A DNA stretch of 63,844 nt, counting the filler, from Octopus bimaculoides (Eukaryota): assembly GCF_001194135.2 (NCBI RefSeq). It is 4 parts of 4 records of this genome, joined end to end, with 100 filler letters (N's around TTAATTAATTAA, not from the genome) between each part and the next. Parts side by side here need not be neighbours in the genome. Positions count along the whole stretch, not along the records: positions 36,264 to 62,628 come from NC_068984.1; positions 62,729 to 63,844 come from NW_026425481.1; 2 more parts are not named here. The stretch is one strand, 5' to 3'. The position numbers were made by a program, and so were the translations under genes. A model generated the notes under the pieces. The model was not told the DNA's origin, searched no databases, and saw nothing but the letters and a program-made list of their open reading frames with translations. This document shows positions 52,382 through 63,844 of this stretch, piece by piece (the first letter of the stretch is position 1; every line of letters begins with the position of its first letter).

Positions 52382-53103
52382 CGAGGGTGAGTAAAAAAGT
52401 AATGCCATTTTGTTTAGGACAGCTATAATTACCAACAATGGAACATGTATCGTACATCAAAATGAATCTGGTCTTCTGTGGATCACCATTTCTCAACATC
52501 GTTACCGTTTCTTTCAATAGCAATGTTCCACCTTCGAATGAGAGCATGCATCCCTGCTCCATAAAATTCTTATTTCTTTATTACCCACAAGGGGCTACAC
52601 ACAGAGGGGACAAACAAGGACAGACAAAAGGATTAATTCGATTATATTGAACCCGGTGCGTAACTGGTACTTATTTAATCGACCCCGAAAGGATAAAAGG
52701 CGAAGTCGACCTCGGCGGAATTTGAACTCAGAACGTAGCGGCAGACGAAATACCAATAAACATTTCGCCCAGCGTGCTAACGATTCTGCCAGCTCGCCAC
52801 TGGACTATCATCTCTTCGGCCCTATGAAAGAGGATTTGAGAGGCAAACATTATTACAATGACGAGGAAGCAAAAACTCTAGTGAAGAAGTGGCTCAAAGA
52901 ACCATCAACAGAATTTTACGGGGCAGGGATAGATGCTTTCATTCGAAGGTGGAACATTGCTACTGAGAGAAACGGTGACTATGTTGAGAAGTAGGGATGT
53001 GATCCACAGAAGACCAGATTCATCTTGATGTATGATACATGCTCCTCTATTGGTAATTATACCTGTCCTAAACGAAGTGGCATTACTTTTTCACTCGCCG
53101 TCG
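52382..53103 (+). mobile_element. Palindromic mariner (D,D34D-type) derivative built from two inverted 3' ends
   Basis: TA|CGAGGGTGAGTAAAAAAGTAATGCC ... GGCATTACTTTTTCACTCGCCGTCG|TA. Arms 52382-52570 and 52910-53103 are reverse complements with scattered differences. 52800-52994 encodes DYHLFGPMKEDLRGKHY..WLKE..EFY..GI..FIRRW..NGDYVEK*. Confidence 0.92.
52571..52798 (-). mobile_element. SINE family B, full-length, located inside the mariner derivative
   Basis: Reverse complement of B from the head (GGCGAGCTGGCAGAATCGTTAGCACG) to the A-rich tail at 52571. Confidence 0.92.
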
Positions 53104-53371
53104 TAATTTAAGACAGCACGGCCAAGGGAATTACAGTATATTTTATTGTGTTAATGTCCTTCGTGTCGCTAGCACTTACTTGTTTCGCAAGCAATAGATT
53201 TCTTTTTCCACAAGAAATCAAAATTGCAGAGCCAAAGGACTATTTATTGACAAGGAAAACCAACATCAGTGTTTGTTGCTCAAAGAGTTTTCGGAGAGGT
53301 GAAGGAATAAACATTGTAGTAAATACACGCGTGCGCAAACATTCACATAGATACAGACATATATGTGTGTG

Positions 53372-53470
<99 letters not shown>

Positions 53471-53522
53471 NNNNNNNNNNNNNNNNNNNNNNNNNNNNNN
53501 NNNNNNNNNNNNNNNNNNNNNN

Positions 53523-53554
<32 letters not shown>

Positions 53555-54726
53555 CGTGTGGGATTTTAGAAATTAAAAATTCCGATGTAGGAAACATGTT
53601 TAAAAGATAAAATCTTCATAAAATTCAATAATATCAAAAATGATCGGCGAAAGATATACAAAAAGTAGATCACTGAATGTTCGGTCATATCGTCCGTAGT
53701 ACCAGAGCCGTGACCTCTCAATGCGGCGAAGCAGCGATTCGATCTGGAGAGACACTCTGATCTTCGATCTATCCAAACGGTCAAGTAACGTCACTTCAGA
53801 GGATTTTACAGGGGAACCCCGTGTTGGCCGCTAGTATTTACGATCGATCGTACTCATTCGATTATTGACCAACATTTATGACCAAGCTTGAGAACAGGTA
53901 CGAAAATTGATTTGAAAATAAGAAGTGCAAACTAGATAAATACCGCAAATCATTTGTGCATTTCTCTAATGCTATGTGATTGCACTTTGAGGGAGAAAAG
54001 GCAGCACGTCAAGCGAATGTACAGAGCAGAGGTTTTTAACCTGGAATATTCATACCCCGAACGAATGATACCGAATGGCTGAGCATTTAAAACTTGATCT
54101 CTAGTATCTTTATTTAATGCTTCTTTTGAAAGTTGATAAAAGTAGACATATCTAGACAAACTGTGATTTTTCTTTAACTATTATAAAATTTGTTTTTTAT
54201 TTTCTTTCTCTTCTTTTCGCCTTCATCTAAAACGAAGATAGCAGGTTTGGCTATTTTCATTTCTTTTTACCAGCCTCTCGTCTTTTAAGTAACGAATGCT
54301 GAGCTGGTGCATTACTATACCAGCACCAACAATTCTTGCAGCCAATGAATGTTTCACTAACATAAACAAAACCAGCAGAATATTTCATGTACACTTGTAG
54401 ATTCACCTAATCCAATATCAGCGTTGGTACGTTTATTGTTTCACCTAATCAAATATATGGAATGTTATGTGTTGCATGTAGAGTTATATCATATTGAGCT
54501 GGTCCATAAACAGTTAACATAAAAGTAAATGATTAAATGAAATAAACTAACGCTGTACAGACAACATGTTATATGATTGTAATAAAACAGATATAAAGTG
54601 CTTGTATCGTAAGAGTTAAATGGCAAAAGGAAGTATTGCTGATGGAAATAATCTGATTTAACTTACAGGATAAGAAATAACCCTTCTGGATTTTATAGTA
54701 GGTATGTACGTACATATATGTATATG

Positions 54727-54764
<38 letters not shown>

Positions 54765-54839
54765 TATATGTAGATATACATATATACATATACATATTTG
54801 TGTGTAAGAGTGTGTATATAAGTATGTGTGTGTGTGCAG

Positions 54840-54870
<31 letters not shown>

Positions 54871-55657
54871 TGTGCGTGTGTATGCAGCCAGCGGTTTAAT
54901 AACAGCAATAAGCATCTACGAATGGTTGCCAGAAATATATAACCAGAAAAGCGCAGACGAACACATTTAATCATAATTTACATACACATCGATACACACA
55001 CATAAACACACATACACATATAGATATAGATATATGTGTGTATAATATAGGAGTTAGTTTCAATAATTTGTCTCCTGGAAGTCTGTGTTTGCTGTAAAGA
55101 TTACATAAACTTGAAGCGCTGTTTACAAAAATGCGATTTGATAATCGCCACCGAACTTTTATCAAGTGTTTCTTCTTTATGATAAGTATATAGTTGAATG
55201 CAGGCTACCGTACGTGACATGTTCGGGTGCAAATAACTGATGTTTGCTGGAAAATGTATTCATTAACAGAGAAATTATATTACTGCTTAAAATATATTTT
55301 CATGGAAGGAGTAAATAAGAAAAATCCTGAAACTCCACTAGACCAAAAATTCAATTTAAATGAAGACATCAGAATTAGTTACAATTTCGAACATATTTCG
55401 CTGTTCATGGGCCACCTGAGCATAACAACAATGAAAGAAAAAATACAGTCTACGCTATTACCGTCAATTTATCAGAAATACTAATTAATATTTGATTCTT
55501 TTGTGGAGGGAAGTACATACAGTGATTAGGCTAATTTAAATAAGGGAAAATTTTTCGAGAATAATCTTAAACTCACACACACAAACACACACACAAACAC
55601 GCACACATGCACAACCACACATACGCACACATACACACACACATATACATTTATATG

Positions 55658-55707
<50 letters not shown>

Positions 55708-55708
55708 C

Positions 55709-55845
55709 ACGATGGGCTTCTTTCAGACCCTGTCCACCAAATCCACTCATGCTAGAATAGAGGACCCTTGCCTAAGGTGCCATGCCGTGGAAGTAAATGT
55801 TGTGTTTGGGAAGGAAGCTTCTCACCACACGGTCACTCCTGCGCC
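55709..55845 (-). mobile_element. SINE family A, 5' half
   Basis: GGGCTTCTTTCAG...CCACAC.G.CACTCCTGCGCC is the reverse complement of the A head; flanked on the left by the (TA)n core. Confidence 0.85.
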
Positions 55846-55899
55846 TAATAATTTTCTTTTAATTATGTAATTATGCATATCTCACTTATTTCATGCTGA

Positions 55900-56429
55900 C
55901 AGAGAGTTGCTCGGTTGGTTCAGGAGTTCGTTTCGCATTATGCAGTTTCACCTTCGATATGGAATTTTGTATTAGACCCAAAGTTGTCATTTGAGAAGAG
56001 CCAAAGTACGCCGGGCGCTTCGAAGCACTTGAGATTTTTCAGAAAGCGCTTCGACTGGATTACAGTGTTCTCAAGGACTTTATCGGACTTGAACTGCCCT
56101 CTTCTCATAACTTGGGATAAATACCTGTCGTCTTATCAGCTACAATTTGCATCTGATGTCTAATCGTTGACTCATCACGTTTAATCAATGATTCCGATAC
56201 AGGGAGGTGATTGACAATGTTCCTCCTCATTGCCTTGCCAGAATTCTCGTTGATGATGCTCTGATGCGATATCAACGTCTGGCCGTGGAGAATGTTTATC
56301 TTTTCTTTTAAACACGAAAGAGCAGGTGACATTTATGAGAATCGCAGTTTCAGTATCACTGTGGCAGGCAGTTAAGGTGATAAGAACGGGGTGACATTTG
56401 ATCATCTGCGTTAGATTCGAAGATTCCAT
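55900..56429 (-). pseudogene. Decayed maT/DD37D-like Tc1/mariner transposase, N-terminal half
   Basis: Across frameshifts: MESSNLTQMIKCHPVLITLTACHSDTETAILINVTCSFVFK..RKDKHSPRPD / NSGKAMRRNIVNHLPVSESLIKR / RYLSQVMRRGQFKSDKVLENTVIQSKRFLKNLKCFEAPGVLWLFS. This resembles the HTH region running into the LxFSD(E)K catalytic motif. Confidence 0.75.
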
Positions 56430-56550
56430 CCTGTGGCTCAACAAAACATGAGAAAATATTTCGTTTCTTGAAAGTGTTGTTCTTAAATAGTTGACACATA
56501 CACTGAATACACATAGTATGCATACATATAAATATGTATATTCTATATAC

Positions 56551-56735
56551 TGAAGTCATTTGACTGCGAGTATGCTGGAGTAGCACCATGAGCCGGTCAA
56601 ATTGACCCCAGGACTTATCCTTTGTAAGCCTAGTACTTATTCTATAGTTTCTCTCACCGAACCGCTAAGTTACGGGGACGTAAAAACACCAGCATCGGTT
56701 CTCAAGCGATAGTGGGGGGACCGAACACAGACAGA
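56551..56735 (-). mobile_element. SINE family A, 3' half
   Basis: GTCATTTGACTGCG...GACCCCAGGACTTAT.CTTTGTAAGCCTAGTACTTATTCTAT...CCGCTAAGTTACGGGGACGTAAA. Confidence 0.9.
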
Positions 56736-56760
56736 CAAATATATACAGACACACACACGC

Positions 56761-56804
<44 letters not shown>

Positions 56805-57271
56805 NNNNNNNNNNNNNNNNNNNNNNNNNNNNNNNNNNNNNNNNNNNNNNNNNNNNNNNNNNNNNNNNNNNNNNNNNNNNNNNNNNNNNNNNNNNNNNNN
56901 NNNNNNNNNNNNNNNNNNNNNNNNNNNNNNNNNNNNNNNNNNNNNNNNNNNNNNNNNNNNNNNNNNNNNNNNNNNNNNNNNNNNNNNNNNNNNNNNNNNN
57001 NNNNNNNNNNNNNNNNNNNNNNNNNNNNNNNNNNNNNNNNNNNNNNNNNNNNNNNNNNNNNNNNNNNNNNNNNNNNNNNNNNNNNNNNNNNNNNNNNNNN
57101 NNNNNNNNNNNNNNNNNNNNNNNNNNNNNNNNNNNNNNNNNNNNNNNNNNNNNNNNNNNNNNNNNNNNNNNNNNNNNNNNNNNNNNNNNNNNNNNNNNNN
57201 NNNNNNNNNNNNNNGACCGTCCAATAGCACTGTACTTATTCCACATCCTCACGTTGTTGTTTTTTTCTTGC

Positions 57272-57322
57272 TTGGATTGACTATATAATTGGATTGACTA
57301 TATATTTGGATTGACTATATAT
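57272..57322. repeat. 17-bp tandem repeat x3 (TTGGATTGACTATATAW)
   Basis: Direct reading. Confidence 0.9.
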
Positions 57323-57454
57323 ATATATATGTATTATGTATGTATGTATGTATGCATGCATGTATGTATGTATGTATGAATGTATGTATGTATTTATGTA
57401 TGTATGTATGTGTGTATGTATGTATGTATGTATGTATGTATGTATTATATACAT

Positions 57455-57610
57455 GACGGGCTTCTTTCAGTTTCCGTCTGCCAGATCCACTCACAAGGCT
57501 TTCGTAGACCCGAGGCTAAAGTAGAGGACATTTGCCCAATTTTCCACGCTGTGAGATTGAACCGGAACCATGTGGTTGGTAAGCAAGCTACTTCTCACAC
57601 AGCCACTCCT
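57455..57610 (-). mobile_element. SINE family A, 5' half
   Basis: GACGGGCTTCTTTCAGTTTCCGTCT...GGAACCATGTGGTTGGTAAGCAAGCTAC..CACACAGCCACTCCT. Confidence 0.92.
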
Positions 57611-57645
<35 letters not shown>

Positions 57646-58550
57646 GAATGTGTGTGAGCGCGTGTGTATGTGTGTTTGTGCCTGTGTGTGTCTCTGTGTG
57701 TGTATGTGTGTGTGTGTGTGTGTGTGTCAATGCCATGTTCACCCCTCCCTCCTTCTACCCTTCTCTTTAATAACTATGTGAATTAACATTTTCATTTACT
57801 CACTTCCGATCGTCTGGAGTATTTCTTGTCTTCTTTGGAAAGTCTTATCTTTTACAATGCGAATATTATCCTTCATATTTGTGTTGGAAACGAAGTGTTT
57901 ATATGGCTCTTCGTATTGTTACTTTTCACAAAGAGGATTACTTGCAACATAAGAAATGTTCTGTTATTTTAGGCCATCTTTGGTTTCAAGTGTGTCGCAA
58001 TTTTTTTCTTCTTTCTTTTGTTTTCGTCACATAAAATGTTGTGATAACTTGTTTTCCACGCCTTGAGCATCTTTTAGATGCTACTATATCAGACACGCTT
58101 GTGTTTACATTTCTGCATGGCCTATCAGAAGTTCATTTTTATTAGCTATATTTTCACATCTGTGTTCACCACTACGCCTCTGAAATCGCTCTCCACTCCT
58201 ATTCGTCTCATTCATGTCGAAGACTCAACAGCAAGTGATAACTTTTATTATTTATTTATTTAGTCAATCGAAAATTCCTGACCCACGTCTTCAATTCCTC
58301 TGTGTTATCCATAGCATTCTTAAACACATGGAGAAGCGCATCAAGGGTCTTCTAGAAATAGGTAGTTGATCTAATTTTTTCCTGTTTACTATGAGAAGGT
58401 ATCAAGAAGATCATCAGCTGCTAACTCCTTCTAGTGGCACTGATAATGACCAATATATATCTCAGCCTGTGTCTCTGTGATATCCAGGATGCCTTGGTAT
58501 ATCTCTTGGTATATCTCTTCATTAGATATTTACAACAATATGGAACACTC

Positions 58551-58876
<326 letters not shown>

Positions 58877-58888
58877 GCTTGTGCTTGT

Positions 58889-58961
58889 GGGCATATGGTG
58901 CAGTGGTTAAGAGCGCGTGTTACTAACCCCAAGATTCCGAGTCCGATTCCAGGCAGTGACA

Positions 58962-59025
<64 letters not shown>

Positions 59026-59185
59026 TGATGATGATGATAACATCGAAAAAAACCTTGGGAATGACAACCCAGGTACGAAATTTCCCCAAGACACCTGATG
59101 AAAGTTGGAGGGTATATCAGCCGAAACGTTGTGTTAACAACAAACAAGATGAGGACAAATATCCGTCAAATGTAAATAATGTACA
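58889..59185 (+). mobile_element. tRNA-headed SINE-like element with internal (AAT)n and a hammerhead-containing tail (family E)
   Basis: A box TGGTGCAGTGG (58896-58906), B-box-like GTCCGATTCC (58941-58950), (AAT)n/(GAT)n at 58964-59040, hammerhead motif at 59090-59135, tail TGTAAATAATGTA. Confidence 0.85.
59090..59135 (+). ncRNA. Minimal hammerhead motif, helix II weakened
   Basis: GACAC-CUGAUGA-A-AGUUG..CAGCC-GAAACGUU-GUGUU; the first helix-II G is A here (A.C mismatch). Confidence 0.55.
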
Positions 59186-59309
59186 TTATTCCTCGTCTCT
59201 TAAATATAGAACTGTATGGAACACTTTGTTGTATATGCCATTTAGAATTTTATTCATGGAAGTCGCAAACATCTATGTTATCGAATTATTTATTACAATA
59301 TATTCATCT

Positions 59310-59464
59310 TTTTTTTTTCTTTTCTACTCTAGGCACAAGGCCCAAAATGTTTAGGGAGGGAGCAGGTCGATTAGGTTGACTCCAGTACGCAACTAGTACT
59401 TAATTTATGAACCTCGACAGGATGAAATGCAAAGTCGACCTCGGCGGAATTTGAACTCAGAACG
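59310..59464 (-). mobile_element. SINE family B, 3' part
   Basis: AAAGTCGACCTCGGCGGAATTTGAACTCAGAACG and downstream B tail motifs. Confidence 0.85.
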
Positions 59465-59659
59465 ATAATACAATATAGTCAACCGCAGCTCTGAAGAATC
59501 CTATTTTAGTGTTTCGCTTTACATTAGATTCCCGTATCTGATCCAAACAGTTAAGCGGTCCTCATTAAATTTAATCCATAGCAATATATATCCTCTTCCT
59601 GGATTTCCTAGCAGGATATGCAAAACCTGATACCAGAGGCTATTCGTCATTCAAAATTA

Positions 59660-59885
59660 AGTTTAATTGCTCTGGAATACCTATACGAAAGATTTAGCGA
59701 GTTACTACTTGTAACCTTACGTATCTACAAGTTTTCAGCAGTCTTTCAAGTGCTTAGAACCATCCTGATAATCCTTGCTGTCCCTAAGAGATAAACTATT
59801 TCTGTAGAAGCTCTACCGAGCATTCTAATCCAATCTCCTTTAGCCATTTGTCTATATCTTTGATTACTATTCCCTACGCTCTCAG
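59660..59885 (-). mobile_element. Decayed RLE-type LINE (R4/Dong-like) extreme 3' end
   Basis: RA*GIVIKDIDKWLKEIGLECSVELLQK..(fs)..LLGTARIIRMVLST* (stop 59746-59748), plus a probable 3' UTR. Confidence 0.82.
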
Positions 59886-61394
59886 CCCGAATTGGCCAAG
59901 GTCATGGTTAACTTAATAGTACCAGCTAGAAAAGACACTTAGTTAAGTTTCATATTACAATCATTCTTTGAACTCCATCACCCATTGGAGTAAAGAGTTA
60001 TGGTTTGTAGAGATTTATCCGGGTTTAGGTGATTTATCTAGAGTATGTCGAAGATATTCATCCAGGAACCGTTTTGAATATTATGAGATCCTTACCTTAT
60101 TTTATGTCTTGGTATGATGTTAAAGAGAGCAGGGCCAGTTGAAGTGATATATTTTTTGTTTCAGTGATGTGATATGACGCGAGCAGGATTTTTATAGAGG
60201 ACGGATGGCACGGGCACCAAGGACTGGATGCATTTTTAAATTTGGCATCATTTGAGCAATGCTGGAATATTTCCAAGACCATACAAATGGCATAACGCTC
60301 GCGGCAATCTTGGGGGGGGGGGGATAGAGGTTGACTTGTCAAGTAGTCGTTTTTTTTTTATTATTCTGTTTGATCACTGGACTGTTTCAATTTTTACAAT
60401 ATTTTGTTTCATACACGGAAACCATACCGGACAGCATTATTCAAGGTGAGAACGAGCAAAGAAGGAGAAGATAACATCTCTAGACTGAAATGTACTGAGG
60501 ATCCAGAAACACGCTGTGTGACCCTTGTTGACTTTACTGTTCATATGGGCACTTCAGATTAAATTGTAGTTGATAGCTACCTCGATGTACCTAGCGAGAT
60601 TTGATCCGCGGGGTGGGAGTTCACTTATAGCTTATAGTAGCTAAAAGTTCAAATAGCTTATAGTAACTAAAAGTACAAATTCTTTACCGGAGTGGAATAA
60701 TTCAAATTAATTCTCATTCAGATGAATACTGTGCTTTTTTTCCCCACCCATTGGACTACAGTGAGCAGATCTTGTTAAATATTAGACCGCTCTCCTTTTG
60801 ACGACTTTCAGAGCGGAAAACTAATGATGTTTTGTTTGGTGACGTCAGTGATGTAGATTGATGTAAATAATGAAACGGAGTGAGACCAATACATTACTTT
60901 GTTCGACTCCATTATCATTATTGTTGTTGTTGCTGTACTAAATGTTGTTGCTGTTGTTATTGCTCTAGTCTTTTGGTGATGCCCCAGCATGGCTTCTGAC
61001 CATCGACTAAGAAAAAAAACAATAACAAAACAATTTATCTGCGAGTGTGTGTGTGTGTGTGTGTGTGTGTCGATCTAATGGTATTTATGTGTCGCTTGTG
61101 TGTGTGTATACAAAACCGGAACACACGAATCCCCCCCCACACACACACACACTCATATACAAGTGTATGTATATATATATACATGCATGTGTGAGTGTGT
61201 CTTGATACGCAGACACAAACACAAACACACTTATGTATATATATATATGTATATATATTTTTGTGCGTGTGCGTGCGTGTGTGTATTTGTGTAGGAGTGC
61301 GTATGTGCGTGTATGTATGTCTTCCCCACACACATATATACATATATCATTTATATATATACAGATATACATATATGTATGTATATATATATAC

Positions 61395-61453
<59 letters not shown>

Positions 61454-61764
61454 NNNNNNNNNNNNNNNNNNNNNNNNNNNNNNNNNNNNNNNNNNNNNNN
61501 NNNNNNNNNNNNNNNNNNNNNNNNNNNNNNNNNNNNNNNNNNNNNNNNNNNNNNNNNNNNNNNNNNNNNNNNNNNNNNNNNNNNNNNNNNNNNTATTTTT
61601 CCCCCACGCAAACACACGTATAATTGCTCTTAATAACATTCGTGAGACATTCGATTCTTATATTGTCTCCTATTTATAAATTTAGAACCTTGTATGTTAC
61701 AAAGTTCATCATCCTCATCACCGTATCTACATTTGATCGATCGTCCTCGTCGACAGCAGCCTAA

Positions 61765-61793
61765 TAATAATAATGCTGATGATGATGATGATG

Positions 61794-61848
<55 letters not shown>

Positions 61849-62107
61849 TAATAATAATAATAATAGTAATAATAACAATAATAATAATGAACAATATTAT
61901 CATCTTTTTCGTCGTTATCGTCGCCATCTTTCTCTTTGCTGATATGATTTGGATCATTACAGTAATCCCGGCCCTCCTCCTAATCTGCCTGCCTACAACT
62001 TGTCATCATCATCACCATCATCACCATCACCATCATCATCACCACCACCATCATCATCATCACCATCATCAACACCAACACCAGCAACACCAGCAACACC
62101 AGCACCG

Positions 62108-62166
<59 letters not shown>

Positions 62167-62195
62167 TTCGTCGTCGTCATCATCATCATTACCGC
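61765..62195. repeat. (AAT)n followed by (CAT/CAC)n triplet arrays
   Basis: Direct reading; source of the poly-I/N/H/S ORFs. Confidence 0.95.
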
Positions 62196-62728
62196 TTTAC
62201 CATAACCATCATATGCACCATCAATTCTTTTCATTTTAAATGTGATCAAATAGGCAGTCTCATACACACACGCACTCATAAACGTACATTTATGTATAAA
62301 TTTGTGTGTGTATTTCGAAATCAATAGCTGTACGATCACTTTGATGCTGTAATGTTCGAGTAGATTTAATGAAGTGTATAAGTATAAACGTGTTTTGGAA
62401 CCAAATCAATGTCTAGACAGTGAAAATACTTCCGTACTGTGTTGAAATATCATTTCAAATGTAGCGGCCCAATCAAAAGACCAATTACTTTATCCAGAAA
62501 TGCATTGAATACGGATAACATATCGATCATATTTAGTTAGTTTTTAACCACACATATCCACACACACACACACACGCACGCACACCGCACACACAGCGTG
62601 ATAGGTAGATAACTAGCTATATATATATNNNNNNNNNNNNNNNNNNNNNNNNNNNNNNNNNNNNNNNNNNNNTTAATTAATTAANNNNNNNNNNNNNNNN
62701 NNNNNNNNNNNNNNNNNNNNNNNNNNNN

Positions 62729-62759
<31 letters not shown>

Positions 62760-62872
62760 GTATATATGTATATATATATATATGTATATATATATGTATG
62801 TATATATATATATGTAAATATATATGTATATATATATATGTGTGAGTGTGTGTATGTATATACACATACACA

Positions 62873-63032
62873 ACGGGCTCCTTTCAGTTTCCGTCTATCA
62901 AATCCACTGAGAATGTTTTGACCGGCCGGAACAATAACTGAAGTTACTTGCCGAAGGTGCCACACAGCGGGACTGAACTCGGAACCATGTGGTCGGGAAG
63001 CAAACTTCTTACCGCACAAACACACCTGCGCC
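62873..63032 (-). mobile_element. SINE family A, 5' half
   Basis: ACGGGCTCCTTTCAGTTTCCGTCT...GGGACTGAACTCGGAACCATGTGG...CCTGCGCC. Confidence 0.9.
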
Positions 63033-63511
63033 TATTTATTAATTGAATTAATTAATTAATTTATTTATTTTCTATCAGCTTTCCTTTCAAAATCGATGTT
63101 TCATTTCGTCTATTAAACATTTATTATCAGACTATGCTTCCTATCGTCTGAAGACGCCCTTATGTTCTATGGTATTTGATATACCTGTATTTGTCTATGT
63201 TGTTCTGATACATATCACTGGCTCATTTTTGTCCACTCACATACACACACACACACATCTATATTTAGACACATGCATACGTGTGTGTGTGTGTGTGTGT
63301 ATATGTTTCTGTGAGAGCATGTAGGTTTAGCTTGGACATGACTTTCTGTTGAACTTTTTTTTCTCTGCAAACTTAAAACATCACAATCAGTTATTTGAAT
63401 AAGACGGAATTTATAGTAAAAATAAGTTTGGTTCAATGAGAAACCTGTTCTGCGAGACATTCACGGAGCTACGTGACAGAACAGATAGAAAAATAAGGAA
63501 ATGAAAGACAG

Positions 63512-63572
63512 ATGGCATTGCCATGGGATGGCATGAGAGGCTTGCTGCTGCTGTTTTATGTTTTAATACCAG
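63512..63572 (+). CDS. Candidate signal-peptide-encoding first exon (MALPWDGMRGLLLLFYVLIP-G)
   Basis: ATG, a basic residue, a hydrophobic core, and a phase-1 donor-like CAG|GTCAG; read-through would stop after 38 codons. Confidence 0.3.
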
Positions 63573-63629
63573 GTCAGCCACAATGTGGCACCAGTGACAA
63601 TCGAGTCTTTAATTTTAGCGATACATGAA

Positions 63630-63791
63630 CGCAATCATGGCTGTGTAGCTAAAAGGCTTCCTTCCCTAACAAGTGGTCTTTGGTTTAGCCCTACTTCCAG
63701 TATACGATGATGATGATGATCATCTCGTAGCCTCGGGTCGACCAAATACTTGTGAGTGGATTTGGTTGACTGAAACTGAAAGAAGCCCGTC
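63630..63791 (+). mobile_element. SINE family A, 5' half with a (GAT)n replacement inside
   Basis: TGGCTGTGT...TAGCCTCGGGTCGACCAAA..TTGTGAGTGGATTTGG..GAAACTGAAAGAAGCCCGTC. Confidence 0.8.
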
Positions 63792-63807
63792 TTTAAATAA
63801 ATAAATA

Positions 63808-63844
<37 letters not shown>

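Noticed and set aside
58889-58960. SINE heads (also 18855, 28467, 38115, 43947) as tRNA genes
   Set aside because: They have A/B boxes but no complete cloverleaf or terminator, and continue into repeat bodies.

Overview
This is eukaryotic, AT-rich, repeat-dominated draft-assembly DNA with about 25 N-gaps (roughly 7 kb). The repeat families look like those of an octopus or other coleoid cephalopod; this is recognition from memory, not a database result. No intact protein-coding gene is supportable, and almost all ORF-track entries are read-throughs of microsatellites or Ns. Supportable content: (1) one intact-looking tRNA-Val(CAC) and a damaged near-identical tRNA-Val(AAC) 560 bp upstream, with a pogo/Tigger-like MITE between them; (2) many copies of at least four tRNA-headed SINE-like families; (3) decayed retroelement 3' ends: three R4/Dong-type restriction-like-endonuclease (RLE) LINE fragments, one CR1/L2-type fragment and two or three Penelope-like GIY-YIG fragments; (4) Tc1/mariner remnants: a palindromic mariner 3'-end element, a maT-like MITE and a maT-like transposase pseudogene; (5) minisatellites and very abundant microsatellites; (6) a few weak candidate exons. 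The most interesting signal is at 58.55-59.19 kb: a tRNA-headed, (AAT)n-containing short element whose 3' part folds into a minimal type I hammerhead ribozyme of the Penelope type, present as an inverted pair. Further hammerhead-like motifs occur at about 10.45, 12.27 and 13.05 kb.
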